Below, piece by piece: positions 62,809-64,000 of a DNA stretch of 64,000 nt; position 1 is the first letter of the stretch; every line of letters begins with the position of its first letter. The stretch is taken from NCBI GenBank assembly GCA_963740085.1, contig CAVUCU010000001.1, forward strand, positions 1,120,001 through 1,184,000, read 5' to 3'. This DNA is from Nitrospirota bacterium (GTDB lineage: Bacteria; Nitrospirota; UBA9217). Made by a program: the position numbers and the translations under genes. The notes under the pieces were generated by a model. The model had not been told where the DNA came from and did no database searches. It saw only the letters and a program-made list of their open reading frames with translations.

Positions 62809-63867
62809 ATGAATAAACAAATAAATTTAGAGACGAATAACAATAACTTCAATATCATTAGATTCTTGGCCGCATCTCTCGTAGTATTCAGTCATTCATT
62901 CCCACTATCAAAATCAGAGGAGCCTCTTGCAAATTTAAGTGGTTTTTTAACTTTCGGATTGTTGGCAGTCTATATTTTTGTTTTTATAAGTGGCTTCTTA
63001 GTGACTAAGAGTTGGATAGATACACACGATAATGCATTGTTTATAAAAAAACGATTTCTAAGAATCTTCCCGGGACTGATAAGCGTAACATTATTTAGTG
63101 CTTTCATAATTGGACCCCTCGTTACTTATGTTCCGCTCGCTGAATACCTAAAAGACCCACTCACCATTATATATTTAAGAAACATTTATTTATATCCTCT
63201 TTCCTCTCACCTGCCTGGTGTCTTCGAAAATAATCCATTCCCTCATGTTGTTAATGGCTCCCTATGGTTGATACCTGTATTAGTTCTTCTGTATGCCTCT
63301 CTTGCTATTTTTGGCCTACTGAAATTAATTAATAGAAAGCCTTATATGGCATTATTTACTGTTTTTCTTTTTGTGCTATTATTCCTCGATATGTCAAATC
63401 CCTTTTTGGGCAATCGGGCAATCCTTTATATGCCTGCTGATGATTTGTTGTACTCATCACTATTCTTCTATGTTGGAGTGTTGTGCTATCTTTATCGAGA
63501 TAGAATTGTTTTAAAACATAGCCTGGCTATACTATCAGTAATATTACTTCTTTTGTCTTTTGAACTACCTCAGGGACTTGTAATTAGCTTTTTTACTTTG
63601 CCATATTTAACACTATATTTTGCTTTTCTCGATATTTCAGCACTGCGGAAATTTAATCGAATGACAGATTTGTCTTATGGTATTTATCTTTATGCGTATC
63701 CAATACAACAGACTATTATGCATTTTTTTAGAAAACAATTAAATGTCATAGCATTTTTCACAGTATCATATTTTATTACGCTTATTATTGCCTACCTTTC
63801 AGCGCATCTAATTGAGAAACCATTTCTGAAATTCAAGAATGTACGAGTTATCGCAAGTCATCAATAA
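62809..63867 (+). CDS. Acyltransferase-3 (OafA-like) membrane O-acyltransferase
   Basis: R..AA..V..SH, F.ISGFL, KRFLRIFP, VNGSLW, SYGIYLY and IEKP motifs. Confidence 0.92.
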   Translation: MNKQINLETNNNNFNIIRFLAASLVVFSHSFPLSKSEEPLANLSGFLTFGLLAVYIFVFISGFLVTKSWIDTHDNALFIKKRFLRIFPGLISVTLFSAFIIGPLVTYVPLAEYLKDPLTIIYLRNIYLYPLSSHLPGVFENNPFPHVVNGSLWLIPVLVLLYASLAIFGLLKLINRKPYMALFTVFLFVLLFLDMSNPFLGNRAILYMPADDLLYSSLFFYVGVLCYLYRDRIVLKHSLAILSVILLLLSFELPQGLVISFFTLPYLTLYFAFLDISALRKFNRMTDLSYGIYLYAYPIQQTIMHFFRKQLNVIAFFTVSYFITLIIAYLSAHLIEKPFLKFKNVRVIASHQ

Positions 63868-64000
63868 TATTTTCTCCCTAAACGCAGAGATCTCCTGAAA
63901 TTGATTTATCCTATAAACGGCAGTTGGCCACCAGGCGCAGAGGGCACAGACAAAAGCTTGAAAATTTTAACGCTATTCTCGTTCACAGAGTTTTTCTTCT

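Overview
GC-rich bacterial chromosome segment. Gene content suggests an anaerobic Nitrospirota/Desulfobacterota-type organism (inference only). 1-25.4 kb is housekeeping: hisC-hisB-hisH-hisA-hisF, adk, RNase G/E, a TIGR03960-type radical SAM protein, rodA-mrdA-mreD-mreC-mreB, an RDD protein, a THUMP methyltransferase, two ABC-F proteins (one is EttA), an LTA-synthase-family sulfatase and ppnP. 26-57 kb is an extracellular electron transfer island. It holds four OmcS-type hexaheme nanowire cytochrome paralogs and a gene set syntenic with the Geobacter omcS-companion (osc) cluster: NHL protein, YVTN beta-propeller, beta-barrel, CsgG-like lipoproteins, PpiC chaperone, 26-heme and 16-heme cytochromes, second NHL protein. 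Unusual points: (i) the OscG-like lipoprotein carries about 20 Calx-beta repeats between its two CsgG-like domains; (ii) two omcS paralogs have GEMM-I riboswitches that differ at the ligand-discriminating base (G20, c-di-GMP type; A20, cGAMP type); (iii) those two paralogs have a CX4CH heme motif; (iv) a 570-680 bp non-coding element with covarying stems occurs twice; (v) many intergenic gaps hold inverted-repeat elements with periodic arms, some nested or in tandem arrays, and heptamer tracts also occur inside coding sequences. 57.8-64 kb has two TMTC-like TPR glycosyltransferases and an AT-rich acyltransferase islet. Many frameshifts after 28 kb may be sequencing errors. No tRNA, rRNA, CRISPR array or transposase was seen.
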